A DNA stretch of 32,000 nucleotides from Pyrolobus fumarii 1A (GCF_000223395.1 NC_015931.1:425292-457291), one strand, 5' to 3'. Positions 1-9,787 are shown, numbered from the stretch's first letter. Notes: a model not told the origin generated them from the sequence alone. Program-made: numbers and translations.

Positions 1-10
1 CCTCGAGACG

Positions 11-334
11 ATGCTCGAGAGGAGACGCATGCTTAGAAACTGGAAGCGGCTCGCGGAGGCAGTAGCCAGGGTCGTCAGGGAGGCCTACCCCGACGCCCGC
101 GTCTACCTAACCGGCAGCGTGGCTAGGGGAGAATGGACCGCAGCAAGCGACGTGGATATACTCGTAGCGCTCGACCATGAACCCTCTCCGCGAGAAGCGG
201 CACAGGTGATAGAATACATCTGGGAGAAGCTAGGCCTACCACCCAACCACCCCCTCGAGATACACGTGATCGGACCCCAAAGCCTCGAGAAGTACAGGAG
301 ACGCGCACCCCTCCAACCCCTAGACACCAAGTGA
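11..334 (+). CDS. Minimal nucleotidyltransferase (MNT; Pol-beta-type NTase domain, HEPN-partner type)
   Basis: 107-aa ORF. The motif LTGSVARGEWTAASDVDILV (G-S-x-A-R-G ... D-x-D) is typical of PF01909-type NTases. The N-terminus MLERRRMLRNWKRLAEAV aligns with the MNT paralogues at 9817-10161 and 10812-11255. Any HEPN partner would lie upstream, outside the window. Confidence 0.8.
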   Translation: MLERRRMLRNWKRLAEAVARVVREAYPDARVYLTGSVARGEWTAASDVDILVALDHEPSPREAAQVIEYIWEKLGLPPNHPLEIHVIGPQSLEKYRRRAPLQPLDTK

Positions 335-406
335 AGCCCCGAACAGGCACAGAGACAACCCCAACCCCATACGAACAGTCACATCCACCCAGGGGCTCCA
401 CACCCC

Positions 407-3400
407 TCTTCAATCCGTTCTTGGTTGTTTCTTCAAAGCTCCATATTTTGTCCTCCAAGGCGAGATACTACCGCTTTCTTTCAATTCATTCCTGGTTGTC
501 TCTCCACCCTTAGACCTACGCCAAATGCCTTACTTTCATACTAACCAACTTTCAATTCATTCTTTGTTGTTTCGTCCTCGCGGCGCTAGTGCTACTTGTG
601 CCTGCTCTGGCGGCTAGCATCTTTCAATTCATTCTTTGTTGTTTCCGGCAAATGCAGCACGTTGTAGTGCCATACCTATCTGCATGGCCTTTCAATTCAT
701 TCTTTGTTGTTTCCTACAGCCAGTGGCGACGATGGACGATGTGAAGACGCTCCACCTTTCAATTCATTCTTTGTTGTTTCTCGTATACCTGGCGGAGTGG
801 CTCCGTGCTCATTATCGTGTCTAGCTTTCAATTCATTCTTTGTTGTTTCCCGCTACGCCGCACTCGTTGACCTTCCGCCCCATCCCAAGAGTATCTTTCA
901 ATTCATTCTTTGTTGTTTCCCGTGCGGGCTGGGGAGGGGCGGGCGGAGACACCGAGGCACAGCCTTTCAATTCATTCTTTGTTGTTTCGAGCCGCAGCAG
1001 AGACTCCTCCTGGCCCGGCACCGGGTCTTTCAATTCATTCTTTGTTGTTTCCACTACGACGACTACCAGCCAACAAGCTTCGACAACGACCTTTCAATTC
1101 ATTCTTTGTTGTTTCCTCACAGCACGTCACCCCACTACCATGACAACCACCCTGCCACTTTCAATTCATTCTTTGTTGTTTCACATAGTGCCGCTTGAGC
1201 GCATTGACGACCCGGAGCGGTTCCTTTCAATTCATTCTTTGTTGTTTCCCGCCCTGCTGTACGCTATCAAACAAAATCCGAACATACTGCGCCTTTCAAT
1301 TCATTCTTTGTTGTTTCGTGCGCATGCTCGTGCTAGTCACCCGCGGATTGCACTACTTCCTTTCAATTCATTCTTTGTTGTTTCTTTGGTATCGGTATTC
1401 TGCTTGGTGCAATTGCTAACGCCACCAACTTTCAATTCATTCTTTGTTGTTTCCTTATGCCCTCTTTTGCCCACTTGCGGAATAGCTCTATCCACTGACT
1501 TTCAATTCATTCTTTGTTGTTTCTACGAGGCGCCCGACTGGCACCCGGAGGGAGTCACGGTAACCGTGCTTTCAATTCATTCTTTGTTGTTTCTGGGCAG
1601 CCGCCAAAGCCCGTCTATGCCAGCGGCGGCTACCTTTCAATTCATTCTTTGTTGTTTCTAGGCCTGCTAACACCCTGGCTCATACTAGGAGCAATGGCGA
1701 CGGGCTACGTCTTTCAATTCATTCTTTGTTGTTTCCTGGCCCTGCAGGTCGATCACTGGGGTTATCGTGGTGTTCTTTCAATTCATTCTTTGTTGTTTCA
1801 AAAGATTGCTAAATGGCTCGAAGAGGACTTGTCTGACGAACTTTCAATTCATTCTTTGTTGTTTCGGGTTCATAGCATGGGCGGTTGGTATAGACGCCGA
1901 GATGGCCAGGCTTTCAATTCATTCTTTGTTGTTTCTAAGGGCGAGGAGCGCGAGGTTGACATGTGGGTCGTGCTTTCAATTCATTCTTTGTTGTTTCCTC
2001 GTCGCTACCCTCGATGAGGTACGGTGGTAGCATGAGCGCTGTCTTTCAATTCATTCTTTGTTGTTTCGCTCAGGTCCTCCGGTGCGTTCTCCAGCGCGTA
2101 GTTAACCTTTCAATTCATTCTTTGTTGTTTCGGGCGGACAGTTCTTCCACTACACGGTGTTGTCGTGGCTAACGCTTTCAATTCATTCTTTGTTGTTTCT
2201 ATGCCTCGCGCCTTGGCCCAAGAACCTATATCGCGTACTCGTGCTTTCAATTCATTCTTTGTTGTTTCCCAGGATGGCCGCCGCGGCGGCAAAGATGTCC
2301 GCCTCTACCAACTTTCAATTCATTCTTTGTTGTTTCTCGGCTCGGCTTCCGTTCCTAGAGCGGCGGTATCGCCTAGAACTTTCAATTCATTCTTTGTTGT
2401 TTCTATGTAACGCCGCGTTTCAGTGGCATGACGATGAGATGGGTGCTTTCAATTCATTCTTTGTTGTTTCACGAGAGCGGCGGCACGATATGCGAGTGTG
2501 AAGCCGACGATGTCCTTTCAATTCATTCTTTGTTGTTTCACAGGGCCTCTCTACTCGACGCCAGGAAGCTGGTAAGGGTACTTTCAATTCATTCTTTGTT
2601 GTTTCCACGTTCTCCAGCCACTTTAGGAGCCACTCTTTCTTCTCCCCTTTCAATTCATTCTTTGTTGTTTCCCATGCGGCGGCTGCCGCTTCTCCACCAG
2701 CCGTCTTCATACTTTCAATTCATTCTTTGTTGTTTCCTCGACCTTATCGCATGGCATGCAGTGAGCATGAGGAATGTCCTTTCAATTCATTCTTTGTTGT
2801 TTCCGCATACCCTCTATACGCGGTGCGGGGATCCGGAAATGGTGGCTTTCAATTCATTCTTTGTTGTTTCCAGGCTTGGGTCGTGTCCACGCCCGAAGTC
2901 CGGTATCTTGCCAGGCTTTCAATTCATTCTTTGTTGTTTCACGTAGCTTAGGGTCGAACATGCCAACCGCTGGCTCTGTGTGCTTTCAATTCATTCTTTG
3001 TTGTTTCGAGGCTCTGGCAGATGGCCAAGGGCAGTGCTGGCAAGAAGCGGCTTTCAATTCATTCTTTGTTGTTTCCGTCCTTCGCGGGTTTACGCGTGGG
3101 GGTGCGTGGGATGGAGGCCGCCTTTCAATTCATTCTTTGTTGTTTCACACGCGTTTTTTCAACTTGCGCGACCTCGCACATCACGATCTGCCTTTCAATT
3201 CATTCTTTGTTGTTTCTTACGCGGTAGGCCCACGCGGAGGTGGTCGCGGGTGAAGCTTTCAATTCATTCTTTGTTGTTTCTATCGCGACAAACGTGCGCA
3301 GTGATGGACGAATATACCTCCTTTCAATTCATTCTTTGTTGTTTCACAGTGGAGGTGAGCAAGCCATCCGACTGGTCTAGGAACAGGGCTACTTTCAATT

Positions 3401-5126
3401 CATTCTTTGTTGTTTCATGGGCTGTGTCGCGAGAACTGCTACCACGCGTGTATCATGGCATTGCTTTCAATTCATTCTTTGTTGTTTCCCGTGTGTGGCA
3501 AAAGTCGAAGGCAGAGGCGGCTACAAACCAACTTTCAATTCATTCTTTGTTGTTTCCTTGATTCTCAGCGCCACGAACGACGCTCTAGTATCGTCAATGA
3601 CCTTTCAATTCATTCTTTGTTGTTTCAGGCTGAACAGCTAGCACGGGGGAGGACACGAGCCATGAACGACTTTCAATTCATTCTTTGTTGTTTCGTGACG
3701 GGGTACCTAGCCACGGTTGTCACCTCCTAGATGTTCATACTTTCAATTCATTCTTTGTTGTTTCTCGCGGTAATAGTCCCCAGCGTCCGGGTCCACTGGT
3801 ATCTCGACTTTCAATTCATTCTTTGTTGTTTCACTGAGGCCAGGGAGGAGCGGGAGCAGAAGCCCAGCGAGGCTTGCTTTCAATTCATTCTTTGTTGTTT
3901 CCGCGCGACGTTATGGTCGTTCCCGCCGCGTCCGCCTCATCTTTCAATTCATTCTTTGTTGTTTCCTCGCTTCGAGAGGATAGTGATAAGGTGCGAGCCT
4001 ATGACGCTTTCAATTCATTCTTTGTTGTTTCGTTAAACTAGAAATGAAAGCGCAAGGTTGTGAAAACGGGTGCTTTCAATTCATTCTTTGTTGTTTCCCC
4101 AGAAATATCTCGAACCGGAAATATCGAGCCCCGATAGGGTCACATTCCTTTCAATTCATTCTTTGTTGTTTCCTCACCCACCCGACCAGCGACCCATCAC
4201 TAGCATTGTAGAACTCCCTTTCAATTCATTCTTTGTTGTTTCGTATTTGCACCACCAGCCGCAAGGCAGTATATGCCGCTTTTTCACTTTCAATTCATTC
4301 TTTGTTGTTTCCGCCTGGAGGTCTTCTGCGAGTGCAAGGGGTGTAGAGCCACTTTCAATTCATTCTTTGTTGTTTCATGATCTCAAATCGCGTCTCTTTA
4401 CCGCCGCGATCCTCTCCAGGCTTTCAATTCATTCTTTGTTGTTTCCATCAACGCTGTATCGTTCTTCCGCGATACGCCAAACCACTTGCTTTCAATTCAT
4501 TCTTTGTTGTTTCGGATGTTACAACCCCAATAGTACCCAGTGTTGCATGTTCTCTTTCAATTCATTCTTTGTTGTTTCCGCGAGTGGTGGTTCGTGAAGG
4601 CGCGTCGCATAACCGTGCTTTCAATTCATTCTTTGTTGTTTCCGCAGTTCCTGGCCACTGCCCGCCAGGTGCTAGAGAAGCTCGACTTTCAATTCATTCT
4701 TTGTTGTTTCTTTGGCTTCTCTTCATCCTCTAGACAATCACCGAGAATCAAGTCCTTTCAATTCATTCTTTGTTGTTTCATACATGTATGGGGTGGAGGT
4801 AGGTGATGCGACCAGTCATAGGCCCTTTCAATTCATTCTTTGTTGTTTCGCGCAAATGCTCGATACGTCCGCGGGAATATCCGCCTGTAGGCCTCCAGCT
4901 TTCAATTCATTCTTTGTTGTTTCAAGTCCGGAATCTCGCTGGAGATGCCGAGGCGCGGTTTCGACTTTCAATTCATTCTTTGTTGTTTCACGGCCGCTGG
5001 CATATCCTCGCTCAGTAGCGTAGCTCCGATCAACTTTCAATTCATTCTTTGTTGTTTCCTGAAGGTTATGCTGGTGGTGTATGATGGTGGAATGCCAGTT
5101 ACTTTCAATTCATTCTTTGTTGTTTC
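407..5126 (-). CRISPR. CRISPR array 1: 70 repeats / 69 spacers, repeat (crRNA sense) GAAACAACAAAGAATGAATTGAAAG
   Basis: By manual enumeration there are 68 canonical copies of CTTTCAATTCATTCTTTGTTGTTTC on the + strand (first 549-573, last 5102-5126). Two decayed copies sit at 407-431 and 478-502. The period is 62-77 nt and the spacers are unique, 37-52 nt. The reverse complement ends in ATTGAAAG, the source of the 8-nt 5' handle in archaeal Cas6-processed crRNAs. The decayed repeats are at the left end and the leader at the right end, so the array is read on the minus strand. Confidence 0.97.
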
Positions 5127-5386
5127 TGCATTCTTGCCATGTAGCTATAGGCCCTTCCCAGTATTTATTCTTGTCTGTCTTGTCTCTGTTTATGTGCATT
5201 TCGAGAGATAGTGTGCGCCATGGCTGCCTGTGGGGCACGGTCCAGCGGTAGTACCGGGGTTATAAGCAGGGTAAAGTCTAAATACTGGATTGCAACAGTT
5301 TGGAGTATGTCCCGACCGCTGATAGTACCATGGGTAATGGTCCGCGGGTAGTACCGGGAGTTTAAAGGGTTACGCTAGAGGGTAGA
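5127..5386 (-). promoter_or_regulatory. CRISPR leader of array 1 (260 bp, homologous to the array-2 leader)
   Basis: The reverse complement of 5127-5386 aligns along its length with 12014-12273. Shared blocks include GGCAAGAATGCA directly abutting the first repeat, AAGAATAAATA, two GGTACTACC-N3-GGACC boxes and TCTACCCTCTA at the distal edge. Confidence 0.75.
5162..5169 (-). promoter_or_regulatory. Candidate TATA box of the array-1 pre-crRNA promoter (AATAAATA in transcript sense)
   Basis: TATTTATT on the + strand lies 35 nt from the leader-proximal repeat. The identical octamer sits at the identical spacing in the array-2 leader (12231-12238). It is preceded by purine-rich AAG, which would be the BRE position. 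Confidence 0.4.
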
Positions 5387-5725
5387 AAAGGGTTGTGTCT
5401 AGGATGTGGGAGTTGCTGATTGTGTTTCCGTGTTTTGTTGTGTGTAGCTGTTGTGGTTGCGAGTTGTAGGTGATGTCTCAGTGTGCGCCTATGTCCGGGT
5501 TGTGTAGTGAGTTTGTTGTTTTACTGTCTCGTGTTGTGCTTGTCGCTTGTGTTGTAGCTTCTCTGTGCTGCTCTCTGGGCGCCCATTGTGCCTCTAGGAG
5601 AGGGTTCTTGCCATGAGACCGTGGGGTATGGTCCCGCTTTTGCCTGGGTTTGGCCTGGTTAGATCGTGGGTGTTGAGCCCGTGGGCCGTGGTGGCCGTGC
5701 CTGCAGGGTACTACCGTGTCTTGCT

Positions 5726-6700
5726 CTACCTCGTCTCTATCCTGGTTGTCCCGAATCCTGCTGCTCGGCTGGCTCCCATGCCCATTACCGCTGCGTGGCT
5801 GAGGAGGTGCTCGGTTGTCTCGGTGTCTTCTGGCGTCGCGTCCTCGACGTAGAGCTTGGTGTAGCCTACTAGTGCGGGTAGGAGCCTGCCGCTGTGTATG
5901 TAGTAGCGGAGTCTTGTTGTTCTCCAGGTGGCTGGTGAGGGTGAGAGTGTCCTCTCGGCGGCCTCCACCATCTCGAGGGCTCTCCTGTGATCGCCCTCTG
6001 CTAGCTCCAGGGCGTTGACGTAGAGGAGGTATGAGGGTGCTGGTAGTAGCCTCTTCCAGCGGGAGCCGGGGCGCCAGGGGTTAACCGGCAGCGTGGGCGC
6101 CATGAGGGTTATCTTGACGCTGGTGGCGTCGCGTAGCCTGATTATGGGCTTGCCGCCCGGATCGTAGGTGGCCACCCTCCTGGCGTCCACGAGCTCGACG
6201 CGCAGCGTGTGCATCGAGAAGTCTATGTTGACGCCCTTATCCAGGCACGAGACCACCTCGTCTATCACATCCTCGAGGCCCGGGCCGAGCCCCACGTGGA
6301 AGGCGAGGGTGGAGCCGCTCTCGACCACTGGGTACTCGGTGCTCCTGCCGTCCCAGGAGCCGGGGTAGACCGCCTCGACCCTGCCGCCCTCGACGCGGAG
6401 GAGGGGTGAGAGCGAGAGGGGCTTGGGAAGAGTCAGCCCATCGTGGTTCAGTATGAGGGCGGCTGTGCGGGAACACGTGGCCACCAAGCCCCTCACGAGC
6501 TTACCCGTGTAGTCCGTGACGAGGAGGGGGCCGTAGCCGAGCCGGAGCCACAGCCTCACCCGCAGCTCCCAACGCTGGAATATCGTCAACCAGCCGCCGG
6601 CCCCTGGCTCCAACCACACGAGAGGCGCGTATAGACATAGAGGCGGCAAAGAACCCAGGCAAACAGTCACCAGTGCACCAGTCTCTACCGCGCTCCACAC
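5726..6700 (-). CDS. cas6: Cas6-family crRNA endoribonuclease, paralogue a
   Basis: 324-aa ORF. The C-terminal glycine-rich loop MGMGASRAAGFG matches the RAMP/Cas6 pattern G-x-G-x5-G-F-G. The motif APTLPVNPWRPGSRWKRLLPAPSYLL resembles the start of the second RRM. It is paralogous over its full length to 8816-9787. It lies directly upstream of, and co-directional with, the leader and array 1. The N-terminus is probably shorter than the ORF; the conserved core begins near WLTIFQRWELRV. Confidence 0.72.
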   Translation of the reverse strand: MWSAVETGALVTVCLGSLPPLCLYAPLVWLEPGAGGWLTIFQRWELRVRLWLRLGYGPLLVTDYTGKLVRGLVATCSRTAALILNHDGLTLPKPLSLSPLLRVEGGRVEAVYPGSWDGRSTEYPVVESGSTLAFHVGLGPGLEDVIDEVVSCLDKGVNIDFSMHTLRVELVDARRVATYDPGGKPIIRLRDATSVKITLMAPTLPVNPWRPGSRWKRLLPAPSYLLYVNALELAEGDHRRALEMVEAAERTLSPSPATWRTTRLRYYIHSGRLLPALVGYTKLYVEDATPEDTETTEHLLSHAAVMGMGASRAAGFGTTRIETR

Positions 6701-6984
6701 GGAGCCCCAAGGATACCCGGCATCATGCCCGTGTGTGACCGCGGCGGCATCGAGAGCAGCTAATGGAATCCAAGACTAGTACGAGAGCGTCGATCACGTT
6801 GGCCCTAGTTCACTAGGGGAAGGCGAGCAGAGGGTACACCGTGGTGCCTCCAACGGGCCAGGTTAGGCCCTACAAGTCGTCCCGGCGATAGACGGTGTAA
6901 AGGACTGCTGTTTGTTTGGGCTGAGAGATTGTGTGGTTAGTGAGGGGCTGGTAAGCCTGGGACGGGGTGCTGGGCTACTGGCCG

Positions 6985-7536
6985 TCAATGCTTGCGGCTG
7001 TGCTCTATCCTGGCCCGGATCTCCTCGACCAGCTTCTCTGCCTCGGCTAGTACGGCCTCTACGTCTCTGCGTGTACACCAGCCCTCGTAGAAGCAGGTGT
7101 GGAGGCTGTTGGCCTCGCGGAACACCCTCCCTATCCACTCTCCCAGCTCGCGAGCGACAACATCCTTGTACTCCCATAGCTCGCCGTGGCTAGCCAGCCT
7201 CCTCCCATCCCTCCAGGCCGCATACGCCTTCACGGCTAGCGCCACAGCGCCCCAAATCTTCTCAGCAGCCTGCCTATGGTCGCCCCTACCCAGCTCTCCC
7301 CTCGCCTGCCCAAGGAGCAGGCTAGCGGCCTCGATGTAGTCCAGAGCCCTCTCCCTCGGATCCGCCTCCCGCTCCACAAGCTCGATGATATACTCCTCGA
7401 CCGTCACACCTAGACGCTCAGCCTCCCTCTTAACCCTCTCACCAACCCTAGGGGGGAGCACGATAACCAGACCAGCCAAGACCCTACCATCCCCAGTCTT
7501 AGGGGTAGGCAGTACGCCCCACAAAACGTGTAACAC
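6985..7536 (-). CDS. PaREP1-like protein with an N-terminal RHH-like segment
   Basis: 183-aa ORF. The stretch GDHRQAAEKIWGAVALAVKAYAAWRDGRRLASHGELWEY...ANSLHTCFYEGW matches my recollection of the archaeal PaREP1/PaREP8 family signature. The N-terminal LPPRVGERVKREAERLGVTVEEYIIELV looks ribbon-helix-helix-like. The start codon is uncertain. Confidence 0.6.
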   Translation of the reverse strand: MLHVLWGVLPTPKTGDGRVLAGLVIVLPPRVGERVKREAERLGVTVEEYIIELVEREADPRERALDYIEAASLLLGQARGELGRGDHRQAAEKIWGAVALAVKAYAAWRDGRRLASHGELWEYKDVVARELGEWIGRVFREANSLHTCFYEGWCTRRDVEAVLAEAEKLVEEIRARIEHSRKH

Positions 7537-7654
7537 ATGAACCTGAGGCGCTGCAACACCCCGGCTTGCCGAGCCGGTTCCCTGGGTCCGGGGGCGGTCC
7601 AGGGCTTTCGAATAGTGTCACTGTAGACTGTACCGCGACTCCCTTGCCCGGCTG

Positions 7655-8761
7655 GTGGTGCTGGCCAGCGGCGCCATGCGCTTTAATTTTATGCAGCGAC
7701 GCTACTGTCTTCGTTGCTGGGAGTGTCTTGGCGTGGCTTCGTGGCGTAGGGTTAGGCTGGTCTTCGCCCCTGGTCTCACAGTAGAGTTTGTTGACCGCGA
7801 GCGTGGTTTGAGGCAGGTTGAGGGTCTCGCCGGGAGGGGTACGAGGTTCCCCGTGGTGATCTATGGGCCGGAGGGTTGCGGGAAGACCGCGTTTCTCCGC
7901 CAGGTTTTCGAGGTTTTGAAGAGCCTCGGGTATAGCGTCGTCTACGTGAATCCGCTCGGGAGGGAGGCTGGGGAGAGGCTGCTGACGACGGAGGATGTGA
8001 GGAGTCTCGTGGGCGCGTTGGCCGAGTTTGCTCTTGGCGGTGGGGCTGCGAGGCTCGTAGACGCGGCTTTGGGAGTCGCGTCTAGGCTGTTCGGGCGTAG
8101 CAGGAGGATAGCGTTCATAGCGGATGACGTATTCCAGGCTATTGGTGTCGAGGAGGCCGAGTTGTACGTCAAGAGGCTGTTGAACCTCATCGAGTATCCT
8201 CCGGGCGAGTATGAGAGGATTGTTGTCCTGGTGGCGTCTAGCGAGGGCGTCACGAGGGGGAGGATCTCTAGGCACAACTGGGCGAAGCTCATGATGATGT
8301 GGAACATGCCGAGGAGCGCCCTGGAGGAGCTCTACGAGCAGATACCGGGCGCTAAGCCGGGCTTCGACGAGGTGTGGGCCTGGACCGGCGGAAACCCGAG
8401 GTACCTGAGCCGACTCTACGAGGCCGGGTGGCGGGTGGACCGCGTGATAGAGGAGATCGTCGCTGAGAGGAGGGTGTTGCGGGCGCTCGCCCGGAGGTGG
8501 AGAAGAGAGCTGGAGGAGACTGTCAACGACCCGGACTACCTCATGGAGGAGTATGAGAGGGTGGAGGGGCTTGCACGGAAACTGATAGAACTCAACATGG
8601 TGGTGGAGGTCGTCGAGTACCGCAGCGAGGATCTCTGGATAGACACGCCTCCGCCCGAGAGGGACCCGGAGCTGGGCATAGGAAGGTTCTACGCATGGGC
8701 GACCCCGCTTCACAGGGAGGCTGTCAGGAGGATACTCTCCGAGTATTCTCTGAGCGGGTGA
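7655..8761 (+). CDS. Archaeal ATPase family protein (PF01637-type AAA/P-loop)
   Basis: 368-aa ORF. It has a Walker A motif VVIYGPEGCGKTAF and a Walker B-like motif IAFIADDVFQ. The layout FVDRERGLRQVEGL...P-loop is shared with the paralogues at 20490 and 30228. The start is probably downstream: the T/A-rich TTTAATTTTAT at 7682-7692 lies inside the ORF's 5' end, and GTG 7733 is a candidate start. Confidence 0.8.
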   Translation: MVLASGAMRFNFMQRRYCLRCWECLGVASWRRVRLVFAPGLTVEFVDRERGLRQVEGLAGRGTRFPVVIYGPEGCGKTAFLRQVFEVLKSLGYSVVYVNPLGREAGERLLTTEDVRSLVGALAEFALGGGAARLVDAALGVASRLFGRSRRIAFIADDVFQAIGVEEAELYVKRLLNLIEYPPGEYERIVVLVASSEGVTRGRISRHNWAKLMMMWNMPRSALEELYEQIPGAKPGFDEVWAWTGGNPRYLSRLYEAGWRVDRVIEEIVAERRVLRALARRWRRELEETVNDPDYLMEEYERVEGLARKLIELNMVVEVVEYRSEDLWIDTPPPERDPELGIGRFYAWATPLHREAVRRILSEYSLSG

Positions 8762-8815
8762 CGCTAGCGTAGAGTAGCCGCGGCTAGTGGTGCGCGTCGG
8801 GCGCCCGTGGGGCTC

Positions 8816-9787
8816 CTAGCCCTCGAGCCTATCGGTGGACGGCATGGCCTCTATGCTTACCGCGCCGAAGCCAGCCGCCCTCCCGGAACCCACCCCCATG
8901 ACCACAGCGTGGCTGAGGAGGTGCTCCACGGTCTCTACCTCCCCCTTGCCCACCCCCTCTGTCTCGACGTGGAGCTTCACATAGCCTATCATCGCTGGGA
9001 GCCTGCTCCCGTCGTACAGGTACCAGTATACCCTCGCGGTGTCGAGGGCCGCGTGGCTGGGGGATAGTATCCTCTCGGCGGCGATCAGCGCCCTCTCGAC
9101 GAGAGCCGTGTCGGGGTCGAACATGTCGTGGGCGTTCACGGCCAGCAGGTATGAGGGTGTGGGCAGCAGCCTCTTCCAGCGGGAGCCGGGGCGCCAGGGG
9201 TTAACCGGCAGCGTGGGCGACCTAAACACGATCTTGACCGCCTCTACGCCGTCGAGCCTGACTATAGGGTCGCTGTGCGTGTCGTACTCCGCTATCATCC
9301 GGGCCTCTACGGGCTCCACGGTGATAGCCGCTCCGCAGAACCTCACCGAGACGCCCCGCGAGAGGCACTCGAGCAAACGTGGCATCTCGTTAATCAAGTC
9401 GCCACCAGCACCAACCTCGAAGAAGACCACCTCGCCGTCTTCGAGCACCGGGGCCCGTATCTTGTCGCGTTGCGGGCCGCCCGGGTACACCGCCTCGACC
9501 CTACCGGGGCCGGTCACGCGGAACAAGGGCGTCACGGAGAGCCTCTTGGCCACGCTCTTCTCCGAGGAGGAGAGTATGGACGCGAACCTCTCCGAGCACA
9601 CCGCTAGGAGGCTCTTCACGAGCTTCCCGGTGTAGTTGCACACGCGTAGAGAGCCGAAGCCATACACCCTAACCGTGAAGGACCATCGCTCGAACCTAGC
9701 CACTCTATAGCCCCCGTGCACAGAGGAGCAGGGATTCAAGAAGGGTTTTCGAGCAGGATTTGCGGGAGACGCGCCCTGGTGCAACAC
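8816..9787 (-). CDS. cas6: Cas6-family crRNA endoribonuclease, paralogue b
   Basis: 323-aa ORF with a C-terminal MGVGSGRAAGFG loop. It contains SPTLPVNPWRPGSRWKRLLPTPSYLL and EHLLSHAVVMG, both shared with paralogue a. The N-terminus is probably shorter; the core begins near YRVARFERWSFTVRV. Confidence 0.72.
   Translation of the reverse strand: MLHQGASPANPARKPFLNPCSSVHGGYRVARFERWSFTVRVYGFGSLRVCNYTGKLVKSLLAVCSERFASILSSSEKSVAKRLSVTPLFRVTGPGRVEAVYPGGPQRDKIRAPVLEDGEVVFFEVGAGGDLINEMPRLLECLSRGVSVRFCGAAITVEPVEARMIAEYDTHSDPIVRLDGVEAVKIVFRSPTLPVNPWRPGSRWKRLLPTPSYLLAVNAHDMFDPDTALVERALIAAERILSPSHAALDTARVYWYLYDGSRLPAMIGYVKLHVETEGVGKGEVETVEHLLSHAVVMGVGSGRAAGFGAVSIEAMPSTDRLEG

Noticed and set aside
331-5211. 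Dozens of ORF-track entries on both strands across array 1, with recurring peptides LSIHSLLF, FQFILCCF, FNSFFVVS and ETTKNELK.
   Set aside because: They are read-through artefacts of a stop-free 25-nt repeat recurring every ~68 nt. The recurring peptides are simply the repeat translated in three frames.
7499-8713. A 404-aa minus-strand ORF.
   Set aside because: It lies antisense to the well-supported archaeal-ATPase gene. Its Pro/Arg/His-rich low-complexity composition is typical of shadow ORFs in G+C-rich DNA.
9039-9635. Plus-strand ORFs (198 aa and 110 aa) within cas6b, and similar small ORFs (5815-6634) within cas6a.
   Set aside because: They are antisense shadow ORFs, Ser/Thr/Arg-rich, with no motifs. 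The cas6 frames carry the conserved paralogous motifs.
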